Shown here in pieces: positions 10,424 through 18,268 of a stretch of DNA of 64,000 nt. This DNA comes from Candidatus Omnitrophota bacterium. GTDB lineage: Bacteria; Omnitrophota; Gorgyraeia; Gygaellales; Profunditerraquicolaceae. The stretch lies in assembly GCA_049517335.1 (NCBI GenBank), contig JBEKSD010000002.1, positions 85,058 through 149,057 of the forward strand. Reading direction: 5' to 3'. The notes beneath the pieces are model-generated. The model was not told the origin of the DNA, did no database searches, and saw only the letters and a program-made list of their open reading frames with translations. The translations under genes were made by a program, and so were the position numbers. Numbering within the stretch: position 1 is the first letter of the stretch; every line of letters starts with the position of its first letter.

Positions 10424-10888
10424 ATGAAACGAAAAAATATAGTTCTCGTATTTGTGTCTTTGTGTGTCCTCGTGTTCGCCGGGTGCGCCATGATGCAGCA
10501 GGATAAATCCTTAAGCTCTAGTACCTCAACATTAGAGCCGCAGGCAATGATTAAATTTCCCGATGTCCCTGTTCCCAGCGGTTTCAAAAGCCTACCTAGC
10601 CAGTCATATTCCTTTGAAAGCTCGGGCGTGCGGGTCGGAGTCTTAAAATTCCAGGGAAAAGCTGAAATAGACCAAATCGTGAATTTTTACAAAGAACAGA
10701 TGGTAATGTATAACTGGAATCTGCTGAATGTAATTGAATACGGGGACCGCCTCTTGAATTTTGACCGCGAAAATGAAACCTGCGTCATTACCCTGATACC
10801 GAAAGGAAAAACGGTTATAATTACTGTTTCTTTGGGGCCGAAATCGCAGGCAGTTACTAAAAAAACGAAGAAAGAACCGGTAAAATAA
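10424..10888 (+). CDS. Hypothetical lipoprotein
   Basis: Lipobox FAGC after a hydrophobic signal; FPDVPVP motif; AGGA SD. Confidence 0.82.
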   Translation: MKRKNIVLVFVSLCVLVFAGCAMMQQDKSLSSSTSTLEPQAMIKFPDVPVPSGFKSLPSQSYSFESSGVRVGVLKFQGKAEIDQIVNFYKEQMVMYNWNLLNVIEYGDRLLNFDRENETCVITLIPKGKTVIITVSLGPKSQAVTKKTKKEPVK

Positions 10889-10916
10889 TATAAGGTGAGA
10901 GAAGCGTAAAAAACTC

Positions 10917-10945
10917 TTGACAAACATAGAGTTATGTGATAAAAA
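10917..10945 (+). promoter_or_regulatory. Putative sigma-70 promoter for the porin gene
   Basis: TTGACA-17 bp-TAAAAA with extended -10 TG. Confidence 0.5.
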
Positions 10946-11139
10946 GGACATAATATAATTTGGATATACCATTGGAGATGGCTTTAATGTTCGGCGGAAA
11001 GGAGGATGAAGCATATAAAATAAGCCGGAGGCCAGAGAAAATCCAGTGATATACTATAGAAAATATACCTAGGATACAATTGAAGAACCTAGTTAAGTGA
11101 TATAGTCAAGAATTTTATTTATCAAGGAGGATTAAGCAA

Positions 11140-12564
11140 ATGAGGAAACATTTAATATTAGTTCTGGCATTAGCGTTAGTAGCCGGCTTAACCGTTGGCG
11201 CCTACGCTGAAGTCCAGAATGTAAAGTTAAGCGGAGACCTAACAGTCTTGGGCTTATCCCGCGACTTATGGATTACTTCTCACCCCGCTGAAAATACTCT
11301 GGCGAGCATTGCCCGTTTAAGAGTTGATGCTGACTTAACGGATAATGTCATAGCCACGGTAAGGCTGATCAATGAAAGATATTGGGGAGCAACGATGGAG
11401 ACAGGAAGTACTTCTACGAGCGATATGTCAGAAAACACCAATATTGACCTTGATTTAGCCTATGTAACCTTAAAAGAGTTCCTGTATTCACCGCTGACCT
11501 TAACCGTTGGCCGTCAGGAACTGCATTTCGGAAACGATATGATTATTGGTGACGCTTATACCAATAACCATGCTTCCAAAGACAGCGTATTCAATAATAC
11601 CATTGACAAAGATTTAAGTATGCGCAAATCATTTGATGCTATCCGCGCAACCTTAAATTATGACCCCTTGGTTATTGATGTTGTAGGCGCGCAAATTAGA
11701 AAAAACTATACAACTTATACGAATATAGCGGGTTATACAACTAATGCCTTAACTAAAGATGACCAGGAAACCCTCATTGGTATGAACGCTAATTACGCTG
11801 TTAGTAAAACAACAGACGTAGAAGGTTATTTCTGGAGTAGAAGAATAGGTAAGGATTCTATTACTGCCGGCAACAAACAAGACACGACCAATGTCGCTGG
11901 TGCGCGCATCGTTACCAAACCTATTACAAACTTGACTTACCAATTAGAAAGCGCATTTGAGTTTGGTAGAAATACGGTTAATACCAATACTTACACTGAC
12001 CTGATAACCGCCGCTCCTTCTAAGGACTTGCAGCGCAGGGCTTGGGCACTTGAAACATCAGCAACTTATGACTTTAAAGACTACAAGAAGATTGGCCAGT
12101 ATAAGCCGACAGTAACCGCGCTTTATGCTTATTTTAGCGGTGACAGAGGTTCCGGAAGCGGTAGCAAAACCAACGGCGCTTGGGATCCGATGTATGAAAA
12201 CCAGAAGTTCGGCGACATCGCCAATGCAGCATTCAACATGAGCGACGGACACACAGCAGGCGGTATCGTAACAATGAAGCCTGTTGATGATGTCATGTTA
12301 AAAGGCGAATATTATGCTTTTTGGTTGGATAAGAGATATGCCGATGGCCAGCAAGTTGCCGTAGTAGCAACCGACGAAGTTGCAACGATGACCCATAAGA
12401 AATTCGTAGGACAGGAACTTGACCTTTCAGCAACCTATGACTACACTGAAGATGTGCAGTTCGGCATCCTCGGTGGTATGTTCTTCACCGGCTCAGCTCT
12501 CGCAAAAGATAACAACCGTAATGTGGCAAGTGAAGTTATTGGTTCAATGAAGGTAACATTCTAA
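11140..12564 (+). CDS. Outer-membrane beta-barrel, alginate-export (AlgE)-like porin
   Basis: Signal peptide AYA-E; motifs DLDLAYVTLKEFLYSPLTLTVGRQEL.FG, FDAIRATL, GQELDL; C-terminal Phe; strong SD. Confidence 0.85.
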   Translation: MRKHLILVLALALVAGLTVGAYAEVQNVKLSGDLTVLGLSRDLWITSHPAENTLASIARLRVDADLTDNVIATVRLINERYWGATMETGSTSTSDMSENTNIDLDLAYVTLKEFLYSPLTLTVGRQELHFGNDMIIGDAYTNNHASKDSVFNNTIDKDLSMRKSFDAIRATLNYDPLVIDVVGAQIRKNYTTYTNIAGYTTNALTKDDQETLIGMNANYAVSKTTDVEGYFWSRRIGKDSITAGNKQDTTNVAGARIVTKPITNLTYQLESAFEFGRNTVNTNTYTDLITAAPSKDLQRRAWALETSATYDFKDYKKIGQYKPTVTALYAYFSGDRGSGSGSKTNGAWDPMYENQKFGDIANAAFNMSDGHTAGGIVTMKPVDDVMLKGEYYAFWLDKRYADGQQVAVVATDEVATMTHKKFVGQELDLSATYDYTEDVQFGILGGMFFTGSALAKDNNRNVASEVIGSMKVTF

Positions 12565-12581
12565 TAAAAGTTATGTAACAT

Positions 12582-12621
12582 AAAAAAGCCCTTGGGGGCG
12601 TAAGTCTCCGAGGGCTTTTTT
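12582..12621 (+). terminator. Rho-independent (probably bidirectional) terminator
   Basis: AAAAAAGCCCTTGGGGGC-GTAA-GTCTCCGAGGGCTTTTTT. Confidence 0.9.
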
Positions 12622-12633
12622 ATTACCCATTAT

Positions 12634-14199
12634 ATGCTATATCTTGCTTTCATCTTCCACATGCACCAGCCATACTATAAGGATCTCCTCACCCAAGAGG
12701 CAGAGCTTCCGTGGGTGCGGCTGCACGGGGTCAAGGATTACCTTGATATGGTGCAAATCTTGGGGCAATTCCCGAAAATTAAACAGAACTTTAACCTTGT
12801 CCCGTCACTACTGGAACAAATTGAAGGCTACGCAAACGACACTTTAAAAGATAAATTCCTTCAATTATCCTCTAAGCCCACAAATGAGCTCAGTTCTTCC
12901 GATCAACAATTCATACTTGATAATTTCTTTTCTATAAATATAGAGAAAGTCATCGCAACGCACCCGCGGTATTATGCTCTCTATTTTAAGCGCCTTAATA
13001 AAGAACAATTTACTGAACAGAACTTTTTAGACCTGCAGGTTTGGTTTAATTTAGCCTGGATTGACCCCTCATTTAGAAATGAGATAGCTGAATTAAAGAA
13101 ACTTATACGCAAGGCCCGTTTTTTTAGCGAAGAAGACAAGCAGGTTGTTTTAAGCAAACAGGCTGAAATCCTACAAAATATAATCCCTGTGTATAAAAAA
13201 TTTATGCAGTCAAAACAGGTTGAATTCACGGTAACGCCTTATTACCACCCCATTCTGCCGCTTCTCTATAATACAAACATAGCAAAGGAAGCTAACAGCA
13301 AAACCATCCTGCCAAAAGTTAAATTTTCTTATCCGCAGGACGCAGAAACCCAGATAAATTTAGCGGTTGATTACTTCAAAGCAAAATTCGGCTCAGCACC
13401 AGTTGGTATGTGGCCATCTGAACAGGCGATAAGCGAACACATATTGCCTTACATAATTAAATCCGGAATAAAATGGATTGTCTTGGATGAAGCGATATTA
13501 TTTAAGTCCCTAAGAAGAAAAAAGAGGGATACTAACCTGCTTTACCAGCCGCATTTTATAAAGAGAGAGGAAGGTGAGCTTTCAATAGTATTCCGCGACA
13601 GGAATTTATCAGATTTAATCGGATTTGTATACCATAAGTGGACAGCGGAAAACGCAGTTTCAGATTTTATCAGGCACCTTGAGGAGATTGCCTCAAGTTT
13701 TAAAGACAGGGATATTTTGGTAACTATTGCTATGGACGGGGAAAACGCGTGGGAATATTATTCAAATGACGGGCATGATTTCCTTCAGCTGCTTTATCAG
13801 AGGCTTTCGGAATCAAAGATGATTCAAACAACAACGGTAAGCGAATATTTGAATCTTAAGCCTACTGCATTAAAAATTGACAGGCTTGCCGCCGGCTCAT
13901 GGATTTTTGGGGAATTCGGAAAATGGATAGGCAATCCGAAAAAGGCGAAAGCGTGGGAATACCTTGCTAAAGCCAGGCAAGAGCTAGAAGAAATCAGAAC
14001 AGGAATTAATTCCAGCTCCGCCAATATAAACTTCGAACTTGCATGGAAACAAATGTATATTTTAGAGGGGAGCGACTGGTTCTGGTGGTTTGGCGAGGAT
14101 CCCGATGGCAGTTTTGACCGCCTTTTCCGCAGGCATTTAACAAACTTCTATAATATAATAGGTAAGGAAGCCCCAGAATATACAACTCGCCCCTTATAA
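12634..14199 (+). CDS. Glycoside hydrolase family 57 (amylopullulanase-like)
   Basis: HMHQPYY, PWVRLH..KDY, PYYHPILPLL, GMWPSE (nucleophile), MDGENAWE (acid/base), EGSDWFWW. Confidence 0.93.
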   Translation: MLYLAFIFHMHQPYYKDLLTQEAELPWVRLHGVKDYLDMVQILGQFPKIKQNFNLVPSLLEQIEGYANDTLKDKFLQLSSKPTNELSSSDQQFILDNFFSINIEKVIATHPRYYALYFKRLNKEQFTEQNFLDLQVWFNLAWIDPSFRNEIAELKKLIRKARFFSEEDKQVVLSKQAEILQNIIPVYKKFMQSKQVEFTVTPYYHPILPLLYNTNIAKEANSKTILPKVKFSYPQDAETQINLAVDYFKAKFGSAPVGMWPSEQAISEHILPYIIKSGIKWIVLDEAILFKSLRRKKRDTNLLYQPHFIKREEGELSIVFRDRNLSDLIGFVYHKWTAENAVSDFIRHLEEIASSFKDRDILVTIAMDGENAWEYYSNDGHDFLQLLYQRLSESKMIQTTTVSEYLNLKPTALKIDRLAAGSWIFGEFGKWIGNPKKAKAWEYLAKARQELEEIRTGINSSSANINFELAWKQMYILEGSDWFWWFGEDPDGSFDRLFRRHLTNFYNIIGKEAPEYTTRPL

Positions 14200-14209
14200 C
14201 AGTAAACTA

Positions 14210-14238
14210 TTGACAGACAATGAGTTTTATGCTATAAA
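14210..14238 (+). promoter_or_regulatory. Putative sigma-70 promoter of the CBM/ParA-CBM48 operon
   Basis: TTGACA-17 bp-TATAAA with TGn extension; 8 nt before the ATG, suggesting a near-leaderless mRNA. Confidence 0.6.
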
Positions 14239-14246
14239 AAGCCGAT

Positions 14247-14810
14247 ATGGATAAGAAGGATATTTACGAGCATCTGGCTAAAATATATCTTGATGCTTCG
14301 TCCACAAAAAAGAAGAAAAATAAAGTTTACTCCAAAATATTCAAAAATCTTTTCTTAATCAGCCTTGTGTGTGTTTTTGGATTATCCACCGTTTTGCTTT
14401 CAAATTTACGCAGGCCTAAGATAAATAATTCTGAAGTTGCCCTCATCTTGGCTCCTGAAGCCTTAAAAATCAACTTTAATTTTGACCCCGCTAAAAAAGA
14501 AACTCTTACCCTTGATTTAAACCGACTTAATTTAAACAATTACAAAAGAATCGCCTTTTCGGTAAAGAAACTGGATATTTCCAACACAATCGCTTTAAGG
14601 GTTGAATTTATAAGCGCGTATAAAGAAAGATCGGAAGTTTACCTGAAAAATATCCCTAGCAAATGGCAGGATTATACGTTTAATCTTTCTGATTTTAAGA
14701 ATATAACTGATTGGTCGGAAACAAAAAATTTATCTTTTACGGTTGAAGAATGGAATACGAAAGAGAATAAAGGAATAGTTTATATAGATAACGTTAGAGT
14801 ATTAAAATAG
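14247..14810 (+). CDS. Single-pass membrane protein with a galactose-binding-like/CBM11/CIA30-type domain
   Basis: Basic N-terminus, one TM helix, then a beta-sandwich pattern (L.L.NYKRIAFSVK...LRVEF...WQDYTF.LSDF..ITDW...GIVYIDNV). Confidence 0.7.
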   Translation: MDKKDIYEHLAKIYLDASSTKKKKNKVYSKIFKNLFLISLVCVFGLSTVLLSNLRRPKINNSEVALILAPEALKINFNFDPAKKETLTLDLNRLNLNNYKRIAFSVKKLDISNTIALRVEFISAYKERSEVYLKNIPSKWQDYTFNLSDFKNITDWSETKNLSFTVEEWNTKENKGIVYIDNVRVLK

Positions 14811-14823
14811 AGAGGAGTGTTAG

Positions 14824-15960
14824 ATGCGTATAATCTGCGTCACCAATCAAAAGGGCGGGTGCGGTAAAACCACGACAGCGATTAATCTGGCTGCGTCTTT
14901 ATCCTTAAATGACAGGAAAGTATTGCTAATTGACCTTGACCCGCAGGCGCACGCTACTTTAGGCCTGAATATAAAAGCAGACTTAAGCATCTATAACGTC
15001 TTATCCAAAATTACCAGTAAGAAAGCTCAGCTGGAAGAAATCATTAAAAACGTAAACCCTAATTTTGACATAGCGCCTTCTGGCATGATTTTGAGCACCT
15101 TAGAACAGGAGTTGGCAGGAGAAATCGGAAGGGAATCGTGCCTAAACGATACCATTAACAATTTTAAGGGCTCTTACGATTACCTGATAATTGATTCGCC
15201 CCCCAATCTGGGGATTTTGACGGTTAACGCCATACGCGCCTCAAGCGAGGTAATCATCCCGGTTGAAGCAAGCCGTTTTTCCCTGGAAGGAGTGTCCCAG
15301 CTTTTAAGTATTATTGAATTGATTAAAGACCGCCTGAACCATAAGGTCAGGCAGCGGGTTTTAGTCGCTAATTTTGATTCGCGCCTAAGGCATTCGTTTG
15401 AAATGCTGAATAAGATAAAAGCTGATTTTAAGGATATATTGTTCAGCAATATTGTGCACGTAAACGTAAAACTGAAAGAAGCGCAAAATTCGGGGACGCA
15501 TATTTTCAATTTTGACAAGTATTGCCGGGGCGCCAAAGATTATTTCAGCCTGAGCCGGGAAATTATCACCGCGGAAACCGAAGTTCCTGAAAAATTCCCC
15601 ACGGAGCTTAAGGATATTGTAAAAAGATTCACCGAGAAAAAAATGGCTAAGGTGGAAAAACGCCTTAACGAGATATTAAAGGAGGAACTGCCTAAGCTTA
15701 ATGAAGTGGTGTTTTCAGTATCCGCACCGGCCGCAAAAGAGGTATTCCTTGTTGGTGAATTCAATAATTGGAAGGCGGATGAATCCGGGAAGATGAATAA
15801 TGTTGACGGGACCTGGATAAAAAGCCTCATGCTTCATCCGGGGAAATACCGTTACCGCTTTATCATTGACGGCTCCTGGACAGAGGATGAAAAGAACCCG
15901 CTTAAAGAAAGCAACCCTTTCGGTACGCTTGACTCATTTGTTGAGGTAGAAAAAGCATGA
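14824..15960 (+). CDS. ParA/Soj-family ATPase fused to a C-terminal CBM48 (AMPK-beta-like glycogen-binding) domain
   Basis: Deviant Walker A NQKGGCGKTT, IDLDPQAHAT, IIDSPPNLG; C-terminus AKEVFLVGEFNNW...GKYRYRFIIDGSW..D..NP..NPFG. Confidence 0.9.
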   Translation: MRIICVTNQKGGCGKTTTAINLAASLSLNDRKVLLIDLDPQAHATLGLNIKADLSIYNVLSKITSKKAQLEEIIKNVNPNFDIAPSGMILSTLEQELAGEIGRESCLNDTINNFKGSYDYLIIDSPPNLGILTVNAIRASSEVIIPVEASRFSLEGVSQLLSIIELIKDRLNHKVRQRVLVANFDSRLRHSFEMLNKIKADFKDILFSNIVHVNVKLKEAQNSGTHIFNFDKYCRGAKDYFSLSREIITAETEVPEKFPTELKDIVKRFTEKKMAKVEKRLNEILKEELPKLNEVVFSVSAPAAKEVFLVGEFNNWKADESGKMNNVDGTWIKSLMLHPGKYRYRFIIDGSWTEDEKNPLKESNPFGTLDSFVEVEKA

Positions 15961-16283
15961 ACGCTGGAAGAGAAGAAAAAGAGATACAGGAGGGAAAGTT
16001 TTTTGCCATAATTTCGTATTTAAGCTTCCTGTGTATAATTAGCCTTGTCTTAAAAAAAGACAACAAATTTTCCCTTTATCATGCCAAGCAGGGCCTTGTG
16101 CTCTTTGTTTTTGAAGTCGGCTCTTTCATATTAACCATTATCCCTATTTTGGGAGGCGTAGTGAGGGTACTCAGCCTGATAATTTTTATCCTTGCTTCCC
16201 TTTGGTGTATCTTGCAGGTTTTAATGGGCAATTACAACCGTCTGCCCGTAATCTCAGAGATAGCGGATAATATTACAATTTAA
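15957..16283 (+). CDS. DUF4870-like small membrane protein
   Basis: AIISYL...KKDNKFSLYHAKQGLVL...IPILG...LPVI; three TM segments. Confidence 0.82.
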   Translation: MNAGREEKEIQEGKFFAIISYLSFLCIISLVLKKDNKFSLYHAKQGLVLFVFEVGSFILTIIPILGGVVRVLSLIIFILASLWCILQVLMGNYNRLPVISEIADNITI

Positions 16284-16294
16284 GGAGGTGGGAT

Positions 16295-16666
16295 ATGCCT
16301 TCAAAAAAGAAAACAATAGGAAAAAAAACGGTAAAGAAAAAGGCAGTAAAGAGGAAACCGGCTGGGAAAAAAACAGGTAAGAAAACGGTTAGGAAAGTGC
16401 CTGTTGTAAAAAAACCGAAAAAAGAACCCATCATAGGTAAAGTAACGCATTATTTCCCGCACGTACGCGCGGCTGTAATCAAATTAAAGGCGCCCTTGGC
16501 AGTAGGAGATACCGTAAAAATTAAAGGCCACACAACGGATTTTAACCAGAGAGTCTCATCCTTACAGATAGACCGCACGCCAATAACCGAAGCAAAAAAA
16601 GGACAGGAGATCGGCCTTCTTGTGGATTCACGGGTAAGGCAACATGATGTGGTAATCAAAATTTAA
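16295..16666 (+). CDS. Translation-elongation-factor-domain-II-like beta-barrel with a histone-H1-like Lys-rich N-terminus
   Basis: About 45 aa of KKT/V/A repeats, then IGKVTHYF..V.AAVIKL..PLAVGDTVKIKGHTTDF.Q.V.SLQID...GQEIGL.V..RVR..D.V. Confidence 0.85.
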   Translation: MPSKKKTIGKKTVKKKAVKRKPAGKKTGKKTVRKVPVVKKPKKEPIIGKVTHYFPHVRAAVIKLKAPLAVGDTVKIKGHTTDFNQRVSSLQIDRTPITEAKKGQEIGLLVDSRVRQHDVVIKI

Positions 16667-16687
16667 ACAACAGGAGGGGAGTCAGCT

Positions 16688-16870
16688 ATGAGGCTTTTGG
16701 CAATTGAAAAGAAAGCGAAGGATTTAGGTATCACTGATACCTGGAAATACTCCAAGAGTGACTTAATTAAGCTTATCCAGAAGAAAGAAGGCAATCAGGA
16801 GTGTTTTGCCACAAAATCGCGTTCAAAATGCAACCAGTTTATTTGCTGCTGGAGGGCTGACTGCACATGA
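16688..16870 (+). CDS. Small Rho-N/SAP-like domain protein with a Cys cluster
   Basis: AKDLGI...KSDLIKLIQKKEGN..CF......C.Q..CCWR.DC; strong SD. Confidence 0.8.
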   Translation: MRLLAIEKKAKDLGITDTWKYSKSDLIKLIQKKEGNQECFATKSRSKCNQFICCWRADCT

Positions 16871-17052
16871 AATATCGCTGCCAGATCTGTGACAGGGATA
16901 TTGACGATTATGTCAGCATTGCCCATATAAAGGCCGAAGAATATCTTATTGATCTTATTCAAAAAGACCATCCGGAATGGCACGAAAGCAAGAAAACCTG
17001 CCATAAATGTATCGAATATTACCGAAAATTAGTTAAAGAAAACGAAATTTAG
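16867..17052 (+). CDS. Small putative Zn-binding protein
   Basis: CxxC...H...LI.LI.KDHPEW...CxxC; ATGA overlap with the upstream gene. Confidence 0.75.
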   Translation: MKYRCQICDRDIDDYVSIAHIKAEEYLIDLIQKDHPEWHESKKTCHKCIEYYRKLVKENEI

Positions 17053-17057
17053 ACAAT

Positions 17058-17091
17058 AAACCGGGGTCGGAATTAATTCCGACCCCGGTTT
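17058..17091. repeat. Perfect 34-bp palindrome (REP-like, may also act as a terminator)
   Basis: AAACCGGGGTCGGAATT|AATTCCGACCCCGGTTT. Confidence 0.9.
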
Positions 17092-17104
17092 TTAACCTTA
17101 TTTC

Positions 17105-17118
17105 TGAGTATATACTCA
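17105..17118. promoter_or_regulatory. Palindromic operator candidate upstream of the DUF134 gene
   Basis: Perfect palindrome TGAGTATATACTCA about 45 bp upstream of an HTH gene. Confidence 0.55.
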
Positions 17119-17161
17119 TATTAACCCCAGCGTTAAAAGTAAGTAAGTTCGAGTAAAGTAA

Positions 17162-17500
17162 ATGCAGTTACAAGGAAGGCCCAAAAAATATAGGATTGTG
17201 CGCACAGACCCCAAAATTAGCCAATTTAGCCCAAGGGGCCGTCCAGGAAGGCCTAATGAAGCGGATCTCACTATGGATGAGTACGAAGCCATACGGCTTT
17301 CAGATTATATGGGATTATCCCAGAAAGAAGCCAGCCAATCAATGCACATATCCCAGCAAACTTTCAGCAGAATCCTGAAAAAGGCCCGGAAAACAATAGC
17401 AAAAGGGCTGATTGACGGAGCAACTATAAAGATTCAGGGCGGCCAGTACGTAGTTACATCCCACAAAGATTTCCAACCAAATTCCTACAAAAAACTCTAA
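17162..17500 (+). CDS. DUF134 (UPF0251) DNA-binding protein
   Basis: GRPKK.R...LTMDEYEAIRLSDY.GLSQ.EA..MHISQQTFSRIL..AR..IA..L..G..I.I.GG. Confidence 0.9.
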   Translation: MQLQGRPKKYRIVRTDPKISQFSPRGRPGRPNEADLTMDEYEAIRLSDYMGLSQKEASQSMHISQQTFSRILKKARKTIAKGLIDGATIKIQGGQYVVTSHKDFQPNSYKKL

Positions 17501-17582
17501 AATTCCGGTAAATACAAGTAAACAACTATAGACGCTGAGCCTCAAAAGCGGTCGACTTGGTACCAAAATCGCTATTTGCTCA

Positions 17583-17610
17583 ACTTCCTATAATATACAT
17601 TATGTTAACT
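17583..17610 (+). other. dif: XerC/XerD dif site (chromosome dimer resolution site)
   Basis: ACTTCCTATAA-TATACA-TTATGTTAACT in the 11-6-11 layout; left arm close to B. subtilis dif, right arm close to the E. coli XerD arm; coincides with the gene-strand switch. Confidence 0.88.
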
Positions 17611-17785
17611 TGATGATATTGAGAAAATTACCTTATCTTATTCTATCCCAATAGGTTATATTATATTGTTTTTATGCTGTGGATAAGTCAAAAACCGTTT
17701 CCTTAAACTTACTTCTTTTTTAAAAGGTTGATATTCCGGTGGGATTACTTTCATTTTCCTATAAGGTTTTTTTGCGTTTAATCGC

Positions 17786-18180
17786 TTATTTCATCTTGCG
17801 GGTAAAACTGACTATGGCAGGATAGATTGAGTTTTCTCCAAAGCGGTCGCGTTAATCCGGTCTACGGCTTTCAATAAGCCCTCCCTCCGTTTTTGCTCAA
17901 AAAACAAGACAGGGTAGCTTTCTCGGCAAAGCTCCCACTCCCAGAGCCCTGATTTCAGGGGTTCTAGGGCCTGTTTTAGCCAGTATTTTAAGGGATCTCT
18001 GGAAATCCCTATAACTTCATTGATTGCATGAGTCGAAGTTTTCTGAGCTGAAAAACTGCCTATTTCCGGGCCATTTAGCCAAAGATGAATGGTAAAACTA
18101 AGGAGATTTTGCTCCCTGAGCTGCCTGGTAACCATAACCTATCCAGGCTCTTATAAATTGGGGGTTTCTGGAACCACTAG
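17786..18180 (-). pseudogene. dinB: Frameshifted C-terminal remnant of a Y-family DNA polymerase (DinB/Pol IV)
   Basis: RQLREQNL.SFTIHLWL...FSAQKT and KRREGLLKAVDRIN, then a frameshift to DRFGENSIYPA...*; catalytic domain absent. Confidence 0.72.
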
Positions 18181-18211
18181 GAAAGGTATACGAGTGGCCA
18201 ATTGACTTGGG

Positions 18212-18225
18212 TAAACCGGGGTCAG
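18212..18225 (+). repeat. Left 14-bp inverted repeat of the AT-rich island (half of the 17058 palindrome type)
   Basis: TAAACCGGGGTCAG is the exact reverse complement of 21371-21384. Confidence 0.8.
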
Positions 18226-18268
18226 AGTCTAAGGGTTCTAACTCTAATTAATGCGTAAAATCATTTGA

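Noticed and set aside
17678-17686. DnaA box suggesting oriC
   Set aside because: Single box, and genes converge on this point rather than diverge, which fits a terminus
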